Shown: positions 1 through 7,194 of the stretch, piece after piece
Layout of the letters: the number at the start of each line of letters is the position of its first letter
How positions within the stretch are numbered: the stretch's first letter is position 1
DNA from: Synechococcus sp.
GTDB lineage: Bacteria; Cyanobacteriota; Cyanobacteriia; Thermostichales; PCC-7336
Length of the DNA: 14,901 nt
Assembly (NCBI GenBank): GCA_051439425.1
Contig: JBFRWD010000121.1
Location: 1 to 14,901 of the forward strand
Direction of reading: 5' to 3'
Translations under genes and position numbers: made by a program
Notes under the pieces: model-generated
Database searches by the model: none
Seen by the model: the letters and a program-made list of their open reading frames with translations, nothing else
Told to the model about the DNA's origin: nothing

Positions 1-228
1 CCGGAACTCCCTTCAATTTCATCGAAGTCCCCACAGACATCGTCTTTCAAGTGCTGTTCAGCCGAGTGTGATTCAAGCTCAGCCTGCGCGATCTGGTGGA
101 ATTCTTCTTGCTACGAGGTATACTTCAGGCCCCGAAAAGGGATGACTGAATCCGTGTGCCTATCTGAACAGAGACGAACTTTTCGTCAACGAGCTCAAGA
201 ACTGAAGTCCTTATTCATGGCCGCTTAG
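1..228 (+). pseudogene. IS6-family transposase relic (cyanobacterial zinc-ribbon subtype), internally deleted, 5' part outside the window
   Basis: The frame from nt 3 reads GTPFNFIEVPTDIVFQVLFSRV*FKLSLRDLVEFFLLRG, typical of the N-terminus of this subtype, with an in-frame TGA at 69-71. At ~120 it joins, in another frame, the typical C-terminal tail YFRPRKGMTESVCLSEQRRTFRQRAQELKSLFMAA* (121-228). The whole DDE core is missing. Not in the ORF track. Confidence 0.8.
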
Positions 229-286
229 GTGCTTCCAGTACCAGGAGAAAAGTGGTTCACCTTAAAAGTGATACTTAGAGAGCTCA

Positions 287-300
287 TTCCTGACACTTTT
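287..300 (-). repeat. Possible degenerate right terminal inverted repeat of the left IS6 relic
   Basis: TTCCTGACACTTTT lies ~60 bp after the transposase stop. Its reverse complement AAAAGTGTCAGGAA resembles a GGxxxTGTCA-type IS6 end lacking the terminal GG. The partner repeat would be outside the window. Confidence 0.35.
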
Positions 301-413
301 GCCAAAGACTATCGATACATCAAATCTCGTTGATAAGTTGAACTTTCACGAAGAAGAGTAAGCAGGAAGAAAGGATTTGCCGATACTCGTTATTAACCTC
401 ACCTTAACCTGGC

Positions 414-656
414 TTGTTTTCTATGTTCGGCCTAATGATCAGTTGGATGTCTTGCAGCCCTCTCTCGTATTTCACATTTGAGGCCGACTGCTGGATTCCC
501 GAACCTCCCAATAATTGCGTGGTTGGCAACCCCGTGTTTCAGCAGCTATACGCGGAAGATTCGTTGCAATGTACGGTGCAAAAAGAGACTGTATTGCAGC
601 ATGAAGAGGATGAACCGACAGTAGAGTCTCAAGACAATTCTGGCGTAGCGAGATGA
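414..656 (+). CDS. Hypothetical small protein (hydrophobic N-terminus, 4 Cys, acidic tail)
   Basis: 80-codon ORF (TTG 414 or ATG 423) in otherwise empty sequence, followed by a hairpin at 710-744. No family recognised. Confidence 0.25.
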   Translation: MFSMFGLMISWMSCSPLSYFTFEADCWIPEPPNNCVVGNPVFQQLYAEDSLQCTVQKETVLQHEEDEPTVESQDNSGVAR

Positions 657-709
657 TATTCATCAAGCCAAACACTATGTCCTAACGGCCTATCTGCTTG
701 CTAGAGAGC

Positions 710-744
710 CTGTCAGGTTTCACCGTATGAATGGAACCTGACAG
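710..744. terminator. 13-bp stem-loop downstream of the DUF4278 gene (3'-end stabiliser or atypical terminator)
   Basis: CTGTCAGGTTTCA (710-722) pairs with TGGAACCTGACAG (732-744), one U-G pair on the + strand, 9-nt loop. No U tract on either side. Confidence 0.4.
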
Positions 745-790
745 AATCATGCCTTTATACACTCAGGTCATTTAACCCTTGGCTATCTAG

Positions 791-1057
791 CTAGTGAACG
801 ACTTGTTTTCCTTCCAGGGATTTGAGCGTTCTAGAGAGTCGATTTGACTTTCTGCGAGATGTTGGGAATGTTTGTTGTTTGCTGGAAACAACCTTATGCC
901 CCCTAAATTGAGCATCAGCGAACGAAGATGTTGAGGGGATATCTAGATTGTCCAACTTGAATGAATGCCCCCGAAAAGACGCAGCGGCATCTTTCGGAAG
1001 AACTTGAGCATTTAAATGCTCGAGATCATAGGATAGTCCGCGGTAATAAGCTTTCAT
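791..1057 (-). CDS. DUF4278-family small basic protein
   Basis: N-terminus MKAYYRGLSYD and repeated (Y/F)RG motifs; SD GGAGG upstream; glutamine riboswitch in the leader, an established DUF4278 context. Confidence 0.85.
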   Translation of the reverse strand: MKAYYRGLSYDLEHLNAQVLPKDAAASFRGHSFKLDNLDIPSTSSFADAQFRGHKVVSSKQQTFPTSRRKSNRLSRTLKSLEGKQVVH

Positions 1058-1079
1058 GGATCGCCTCCAAATTTATCGA

Positions 1080-1144
1080 GGCGCGTTCCTTCGGGACAGT
1101 GTCCCTACTTCCGTCTCGCCCTAACAAGAGGTGAGATGAACGAT
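1080..1144 (-). ncRNA. Glutamine riboswitch, class I (glnA RNA motif)
   Basis: Minus strand reads ATCGTTCA-TCTCACCTCTTGTTAGGGCGAGA-CGGAAGTA-GGGACACTGTCCC-GAAGGAACGCGCC. P1 CGTTC/GAACG, P2 and P3 hairpins and the conserved CGGAAGTAG and GAAGGAACGC linkers are present. It ends 22 nt upstream of the DUF4278 ATG. Confidence 0.95.
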
Positions 1145-1151
1145 ATTTTCT

Positions 1152-1165
1152 GTAACTATTATTAC
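1152..1165. promoter_or_regulatory. NtcA binding site, probably in repressor position
   Basis: GTA-ACTATTAT-TAC is an exact GTA-N8-TAC match 7 nt upstream of the riboswitch 5' end. It overlaps a -10-like AATAAT on the minus strand. Confidence 0.7.
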
Positions 1166-1420
1166 CGTTTGAGGTCTTTCGAGCAATCATGTTGTGAAGA
1201 TATATTTCCAATCCCTCAATACTGAGGCACCAGGAAAGCAAGAGAAGCTGCAAAGTGCATGTTCCACAGGGCACAAGGCTTCAGAGGACTTTATGGACCA
1301 TGACCAATTTAAGCAACAACGCATCTTATCGGTATGCAATTTAATGGTTTTGACTCAAGCTGCGTCAAGGGCATTGTTAAATTTACCTTCCTGGCTAGAG
1401 CTTGTTAACAACAGAGTCAT

Positions 1421-1586
1421 TCAGCCAGCGGGAGAAGCAGATGGAAACAATATACGGAGGCGAGCACCCAGCCAGCTGGCCGCTGTAGGCAAAGACCAAC
1501 ATGGGGATTCCAGCTCCGAGAGCATGGAAAAATAGCGCCGGGCAACCAGTAGCAATCGCACTCTCAGCAACAATGAAGATGCACAT
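1421..1586 (-). pseudogene. Probable CcdA/DsbD-like (cytochrome c biogenesis) C-terminal fragment
   Basis: Reads IFIVAESAIATGCPALFFHALGAGIPMLVFAYSGQ then, after a 1-nt shift at ~1475, WLGARLRILFPSAS. This resembles the CcdA segment YxLGAGIPML-x-AYGGQ-x-L-xx-RLR. The rest of the gene is not visible. Confidence 0.45.
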
Positions 1587-1850
1587 AGGTTACGAGCGAC
1601 ATCGATTTCCCAGTGCGATCGCAGCCAATTGCATCACTGGCCACCATGAAGCGCAACGACCCTGCCGATCGCATGGCCGTATGGCAGTTTGCCAATCGGC
1701 GCAATGTCACTTCTCTCCAACTTGCCTTCCCGCTACGCTGAGGCACTGCTGAAGTTTGCGCGATCGCCAGCCGTGCTTTTCCTTCTAGCTAGCAGATTTA
1801 TCCCGACGCATTTTTTACAGTCATTAGTACGAGCGAAGGGGAAAAGATTC

Positions 1851-2015
1851 ATGTCTGTAATGCTGAAAGCGCTGCTGGTTTCGATGGTCATTGCCGGGGT
1901 TGCAACCGGCTCTCGCGGTCTCGCAACATCGGCAGATGGTGAAGCTGTTTATTCCCAGACACAAGCGATCATCCCTAGTGCAATTGCTCGTTCGATGCAC
2001 AAGTCTTTTCGTTAG
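1851..2015 (+). CDS. Hypothetical 54-aa protein with signal-peptide-like N-terminus
   Basis: ATG 1851 is preceded by purine-rich GAAGGGGAAAAG; sequence begins MSVMLKALLVSMVIAGVATGSRGLA. It is the 3' half of track ORF 1689..2015. Confidence 0.45.
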   Translation: MSVMLKALLVSMVIAGVATGSRGLATSADGEAVYSQTQAIIPSAIARSMHKSFR

Positions 2016-2187
2016 GCACTCATTGCCTCTCTAGCTTGCTAAATCTGTTTAAAAATCGCTTTGTATCAACCACGTCAGGAATAGTTCCAGGATGCTCATA
2101 TTGCAGAAGAGCCAAGGGAGGATTCCCCTTTTCACAAGGCATCTGGAATTTCAACATCATCTGAGATCGTTGTACTTTCACAAAACC

Positions 2188-2212
2188 AAGCGACGCTGTA
2201 ACAGCGCCGCTT
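2188..2212. terminator. Probable bidirectional intrinsic terminator
   Basis: AAGCGACGCTGT-A-ACAGCGCCGCTT is a near-perfect GC-rich palindrome (the single mismatch is G-U on the minus strand). T-rich tails follow on both strands (TTGGTTTT on minus, TTTCGCTTT on plus). It lies between converging ORFs. Confidence 0.6.
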
Positions 2213-2351
2213 TCGCTTTAGAAAGACTAACTCCCAAGACTCACACACCGATAAAACAGTGCGACTCTAGGGAATTCTGTGGGATTGAAGAGCTTTCATC
2301 TCAAGGATTAAAACCGGCTAGATCTAAGTAAAGCGAAGCAACTGGAATCAT

Positions 2352-2765
2352 TTAGTGGAAGATATCTTTTGCTTTGCCGATCGCACCATCAATTGCATCG
2401 GTAGCGCTGGAAGAAAATTTATCAAGTAACTGACCCCCAGAGCTTGCTTTGTCGAGCAGGTTAGGTAACAGGTTGGATAGCTTGTCAGCAGCAGCACTGG
2501 AATCGATCCCCAACTTGGAAGCGATCGCAGAGACCTTATCCGCTCCCAATGCATTGGTAATTTCGTCGCCGGATACGGGAGCATTTTCTCCATCACCCAA
2601 CCAAGACGTTAGCTGCTCACCAAGGCCGCCATCCTTCAACTTATTGGCCAGACCGCTGAGATTGAAACCACCCTCTCCTGTGATGCTAGACAGAGCCTGC
2701 ATGACGGTAGAATTCTCGCCCAGCTTGTCACCAAGGAGTTCTTTACCCATGTTGAATAGGTCCAT
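2352..2765 (-). CDS. YidB/DUF937-family protein
   Basis: Signature GGLGEQLTSWLGDGENAPVSGDEITNALG...LSNLLPNLLDKASSGG. ATG 2765 has a GGAG SD; alternative start 2777. Confidence 0.88.
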   Translation of the reverse strand: MDLFNMGKELLGDKLGENSTVMQALSSITGEGGFNLSGLANKLKDGGLGEQLTSWLGDGENAPVSGDEITNALGADKVSAIASKLGIDSSAAADKLSNLLPNLLDKASSGGQLLDKFSSSATDAIDGAIGKAKDIFH

Positions 2766-2950
2766 TGAAATCTCCATACACTCGAACTTGGCGTTAGGAT
2801 AGCGCCACCTCTAGGTATCAACGCCTAACTAAACGTATTCTTTTCCAGTTTCACGTATCGATACCGACAGCGGCGTAATTCACAGCTTCTATGTTCGACC
2901 AAGAAAAAACCTGAGTTCGATAGGCCACCCCCCCTGCCCCTCTCCCACAA

Positions 2951-4612
2951 TTATTCCCGGTACGTCTCGGCTCGATCCAACTCGTCTTTGGTTAGTGACG
3001 TTGTCAGGGCATAGTTAAAATCTCCTCCATTCTGAGACAGCAGGGAGAATTCGGTTAAGTAGGGTTTGTAGTCGTCGGTATCGCCAATGTAGGTCTGCAT
3101 AAATACCGTTGCCAGGGCTTGCATTCCAGGTTTGGCCAAGACAGGGTCGGGACCGATCAACTCGTCAGGTAATTGGAACACTTCCTCGCCGCTGTTATCC
3201 TGCAAAAAGGAAAAATGCGTGCCATTTTCAACCAGTACGAGGTACCGACTTTCTGTTTCCAACCAGGAAAAGGGTTCGATCTGCTCCTGTACGGCAGGTG
3301 CAAAGAAATCGTTGGTTCCCGCGATCGTCATGATGGGGGTTTGGATTTGGCTGAATCCGTCGGGGCCAAACAGCGCGCTTCCAATAGGATTGATAGGCAA
3401 GATGGCGGCCACTCGCTCGTCCCGCAATTGATAATCCTGCACGGGTAGACGCAGGATTTGACATTGCAGCAACCACGACAGGTTGAAAGGCAGCAGTCTT
3501 GTTTCTAAGTCGTCGCAAGACGTCTCTAAGTGGTCGAAATCCAGTCTTGCCCCGCCAGCAGCCAAGACAGTATAGCCTCCTAGAGATTGGCCGATCGCCC
3601 CTACGCGATCGGTGCGAATTTTCCCCTCCCACTCGGGATCGGTGGCTGCTCTGCGTTCCAACTCGTCCAACAGTGCGGTGATGTCTAGAGGGCGCTGAAC
3701 GAATAGGCGCGGGTCGGGTTGTTCTGCAAACCCTGCGATATATTGCTGAAATCGAAGAGCATCGCTAGTGGGATGTTCGAGGGCTGCAACGGCCATTCCC
3801 TGCGAAGCTAGGTGTTCGGCCAAGTAGGCAAAGGTGTTGCGCGTCGAGGCAACGCCGTGGGAGATAACCACTAATGGAGCCGGAGTATCCAGACCTGCGG
3901 GAACGTACAGATCGACATTCACGGTTTCGTCCGGATCTCGTTCGGGATTGGTGACAGTCAGGGGGATTTTGGCCCAGTCGTACGGGCCGGGGGCTCGCGG
4001 ATCGGGCAAGGTTTCTAGAAATTCGGCTCGGGATGTGACACCGGATGCGGCTTGTTGGCCGATGTAGGCATAGATATTTTTACTTTCGATCAGGATATCT
4101 TCTAAGTCGGCGGCGGCAGCGAGGACGGGGTTGAGGTTAATGCGCAGATCTCGGAGGGGATACTTGCGGATTGCATTGAGAAGAGTCAGTCCGTCTTCAT
4201 CAAAGGATGCCAAAACCAGAGCCGATCGCAGGGCTTTAAAGTTCGACTCCGGATCGCCTCCCCAAAACAGACTGCTGAATCGTCGCAGTAACAGTTGGCC
4301 AATGGTGTTGTTGACGAATGTTGTGACCACTCTGGGTTCGACGTCCAGAGGCTTTTGCAAGATCTCGCGCAGCTCGATAATCTGCTCGTTCGTAAGTTGA
4401 TTGGCATACCAGCGCAAGCTATCTGGGATTTCTCCAGTACTGACAAAAAACTCCAAGTCTTTAACATCTATGGCTCGTTGTGCCCCGCTGACACGAATGC
4501 TGATACGGTCGGCGGCATGACTGGGAGCCACGATGACACCGAATGCCAGGATGCTGCAGGCCGCAAGACTTGCGATGGAATTTAGAGAGGAGGGGAACGA
4601 ACGGGTGCGCAT
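2951..4612 (-). CDS. Secreted alpha/beta hydrolase (signal peptide + DUF1400 + dienelactone-hydrolase-like domain)
   Basis: Signal peptide ending SHA-AD; DUF1400-like IDVKDLEFFVSTGEIP and ALRSALVLA...GLTLLNAIRKYP; VVISHG; nucleophile elbow GQSLG; GTND Asp; GTHFS His. Confidence 0.92.
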   Translation of the reverse strand: MRTRSFPSSLNSIASLAACSILAFGVIVAPSHAADRISIRVSGAQRAIDVKDLEFFVSTGEIPDSLRWYANQLTNEQIIELREILQKPLDVEPRVVTTFVNNTIGQLLLRRFSSLFWGGDPESNFKALRSALVLASFDEDGLTLLNAIRKYPLRDLRINLNPVLAAAADLEDILIESKNIYAYIGQQAASGVTSRAEFLETLPDPRAPGPYDWAKIPLTVTNPERDPDETVNVDLYVPAGLDTPAPLVVISHGVASTRNTFAYLAEHLASQGMAVAALEHPTSDALRFQQYIAGFAEQPDPRLFVQRPLDITALLDELERRAATDPEWEGKIRTDRVGAIGQSLGGYTVLAAGGARLDFDHLETSCDDLETRLLPFNLSWLLQCQILRLPVQDYQLRDERVAAILPINPIGSALFGPDGFSQIQTPIMTIAGTNDFFAPAVQEQIEPFSWLETESRYLVLVENGTHFSFLQDNSGEEVFQLPDELIGPDPVLAKPGMQALATVFMQTYIGDTDDYKPYLTEFSLLSQNGGDFNYALTTSLTKDELDRAETYRE

Positions 4613-4775
4613 AGCGCCTAACCTTCGAAGAGAGATTGGGGAATTTCTGGGGTCATCTTACAGAAATATCGTTGGGCCAGATTCTCGATAGAGCATTTCA
4701 GTCTTACGACGAGCGGTCTTTGGTCAATACTGCTTGCAAAGTCTTATAGACAATGCTTGCCAGCTCAAGTTCAAG

Positions 4776-5840
4776 TCAATGAGGGTCGAATGCGTACGGG
4801 CGAGCTGAGTAGGGAGTCGCATCAACGGCTTTCAGATGGGATTGTCGCAATCTCTCGATCCAGTACAGGAGATCTCGTACATCAAAGGGTTTGGGTACGT
4901 ACAAATCCGCCCCGGCTTCCAACACTTCGATGCGATCGCTTTCGCTTGCCAGCACAACTAGCAACATGTCTGGCTCTGGCAACAATGCCCTCAAGAAACG
5001 GCAGGTCCCCAACACCGGATTCGGATCGGCAACGACAACTTCGGGCTTCCACTCCTCAATTAACTGAGCCGCTTCGCGGGCAGTAGAGGTTACGCGAACG
5101 GGATACCCCTCTAGCTCCAGCCGAACTTGCAGCAGATAGGCCAGGGCAGCATCTGGTATAACGCCCAATACCCTCCCTTTCGGAGCCCTAGCATGCAACC
5201 ACATTTCCAACGCAGTTTGTTGGGCAGGACTGGATACATGCTGTTGCTCTAGAGACTGGATTAACTGGTCTTCCGTTACGTAGGTACTTTGACGCTGACA
5301 GCGAGCCAGTGCATTGGTGGCCACTGCCGCAGAGCAGATATCGGCAATCTGCTGGGGGGGGGTGATGTAGCGATCGCTGCGGACCATGCCAATACAAAGG
5401 CGAACCAGCGGACAGCGACATCCAATGCCACGCCGACCGCTCCCCACTAAAAACCCCCGTCGAGCATCCTCGATGTGATAGAACTGCCCGCGAATTTGTT
5501 TCCATCGCTCGCAAATGCGAGCGGCATCCTGCTCTCCCCGTTCCAGTGTGGAAAAAGCTAGATATTCATCCCCTCCTGCACGAAATAGCTGACAGTTTCC
5601 AGGTAGTTCTGTTTGCAGAAGTAACTGCAATGCCTTCAGCATCTGTTCGCCAGCAATAAACCCGTAAAACTGGTTATAGGCCCGAAAATACCTCAGATCG
5701 ATATACATCAACACCCAGTCATTGCGGGAGTCAAATTCACGGGCCAGATAGCTACTGAGATCGAGATCGCCTAGCTGTATGGGCTCTAGGCGCTCGACCA
5801 CAGAGATGTCGTTAACGTCATCTGATGAAGATGCACCCAT
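4776..5840 (-). CDS. GGDEF-domain protein (GGDEY variant) with C-terminal atypical receiver domain
   Basis: YIDLRYFRAYNQFYGFIAGE and RAGGDEY motifs; C-terminal REC (LELEGYPV...PEVVVAD...EAGADLYVPKPFD). ATG 5840 lies 26 nt after the kinase stop and avoids the overlap caused by the track start at 5972. Confidence 0.85.
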   Translation of the reverse strand: MGASSSDDVNDISVVERLEPIQLGDLDLSSYLAREFDSRNDWVLMYIDLRYFRAYNQFYGFIAGEQMLKALQLLLQTELPGNCQLFRAGGDEYLAFSTLERGEQDAARICERWKQIRGQFYHIEDARRGFLVGSGRRGIGCRCPLVRLCIGMVRSDRYITPPQQIADICSAAVATNALARCQRQSTYVTEDQLIQSLEQQHVSSPAQQTALEMWLHARAPKGRVLGVIPDAALAYLLQVRLELEGYPVRVTSTAREAAQLIEEWKPEVVVADPNPVLGTCRFLRALLPEPDMLLVVLASESDRIEVLEAGADLYVPKPFDVRDLLYWIERLRQSHLKAVDATPYSARPYAFDPH

Positions 5841-5866
5841 AGCGGCTTTACATCTGGGAAAAGAAC

Positions 5867-7120
5867 CTAGAGCAGTGAATTCGCCCATTCCGGAACGGGT
5901 TCCTCCGGGTTGATCTGCGGATCGGGAGGTGTCCATTGAATATCTGGGGCGCTGGGGAGATCGATATGGCAAGTGGTTCCGCGATCGACCTCGCTTTCAA
6001 TGTCGATATGTCCCCCGAATGACTCCAGCAGAGATTTGGTGATGTAAAGCCCCAGTCCAGTTCCAGCGCTTTCCCCACGAGTTAGGGGACTTTCCGTTTG
6101 ACTGAACCTGCGGAAAAGAAGACTCAGCTTTTCTGCAGAGATTCCGCAACCATAATCGCGAATGAGGATACTAACCCGATTTGGATCTTTACGATCGAGT
6201 CCGGCTTCCACCTCAACAGGAGTATCCGATTCAGAAAATCGCAGGGCGTTGTCTAACAAATTGCTCAAAATCTGATCGAGGCGATCGGGATCGGCCCAAA
6301 CAGTGGGCAATCCGGCCAGGAAGTTCAGCTGAATCCGAGCTTGTTGTTCGGCAGAGAAGTCAGAGACAACCCGGGCAAAAGCATCGGGCAATGCCAATTG
6401 TTGAGCTGAATTATGCAAGTGCCCCGATTGCAGTCGCGACACCAAGAGGACATCTTCCACCATGTGAATTAGGCGATCGGCCTGATTCTTGACAATGCGA
6501 AGAAATCGTTGCTCTTGCTCTATAGATATTTGCCCCTGACATTGAAGTAGGGTGTCGACAAAGCCTTTGATGCTGGTTAGTGGAGTCCGCAGTTCGTGGC
6601 TAACGGTGGCAACAAAGTCGGCGTGCGCTTGTTCGAGCTGCTGCTGCCGAGGCTGAAACGTCCAAATCCGGTGCCAATCAAGGGCATCAGGAAAAAGCAG
6701 GGGACTGGTTGAGGCTTGATTATCTCTAGAGTGACCCTCTGGGGGACTGAGATGCTGCATGGACTCATCAGCAAACTCTTGCGGGTTATCCCCCATCAGG
6801 TTTTGGGAAATCCTTTGAGTATCGCGGGCCGTTGCCTTGAACTCGGTGAAAACTGCTTTGGCAGACAGACGATGGTGACTGGTTTGGCTGTGGGGTGGGC
6901 TAAATGAAACCGATGCATTGTAAGGCCGCCTTAGGATGCTGCGCTCGGATATTCCTTTCAGTTGGGGGAAGCACCCCCCCAGCGAATGGCCGTATATTAC
7001 ATCTGCGACAACCCCCGTCCACTCCTCCATCGTGAGGTTCCAAAACCGAACCTTCCCCTCTGAATCGGTACATACAATACCGACTCCCAGGTTGTTTAGG
7101 AGGTTGACAAAGCTTTCCAT
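5867..7120 (-). CDS. Cytoplasmic PAS-domain sensor histidine kinase
   Basis: N-terminal PAS (GIVCTDSEGKVRFWN..MEEWTG); H-box SHELRTPL; N-box QILSNLLDNA; G1 DYGCGI; F box LFRRF; G2 GTGLGL; no obvious TM helix. Confidence 0.95.
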   Translation of the reverse strand: MESFVNLLNNLGVGIVCTDSEGKVRFWNLTMEEWTGVVADVIYGHSLGGCFPQLKGISERSILRRPYNASVSFSPPHSQTSHHRLSAKAVFTEFKATARDTQRISQNLMGDNPQEFADESMQHLSPPEGHSRDNQASTSPLLFPDALDWHRIWTFQPRQQQLEQAHADFVATVSHELRTPLTSIKGFVDTLLQCQGQISIEQEQRFLRIVKNQADRLIHMVEDVLLVSRLQSGHLHNSAQQLALPDAFARVVSDFSAEQQARIQLNFLAGLPTVWADPDRLDQILSNLLDNALRFSESDTPVEVEAGLDRKDPNRVSILIRDYGCGISAEKLSLLFRRFSQTESPLTRGESAGTGLGLYITKSLLESFGGHIDIESEVDRGTTCHIDLPSAPDIQWTPPDPQINPEEPVPEWANSLL

Positions 7121-7194
7121 GGTGCCATTCTAGTCACCCTAATAGGAGACTATGGGAAAAAAATCGTTAAGAGAATGCATCCTAAATTCATCAT

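Noticed and set aside
1194..1535. + strand ORF (or from ATG 1293)
   Set aside because: No recognisable motif, and it is antisense to the ccdA-like relic.
5841..5972. N-terminal extension of the GGDEF ORF
   Set aside because: It overlaps the kinase 3' end by ~100 nt; ATG 5840 gives a clean operon junction.
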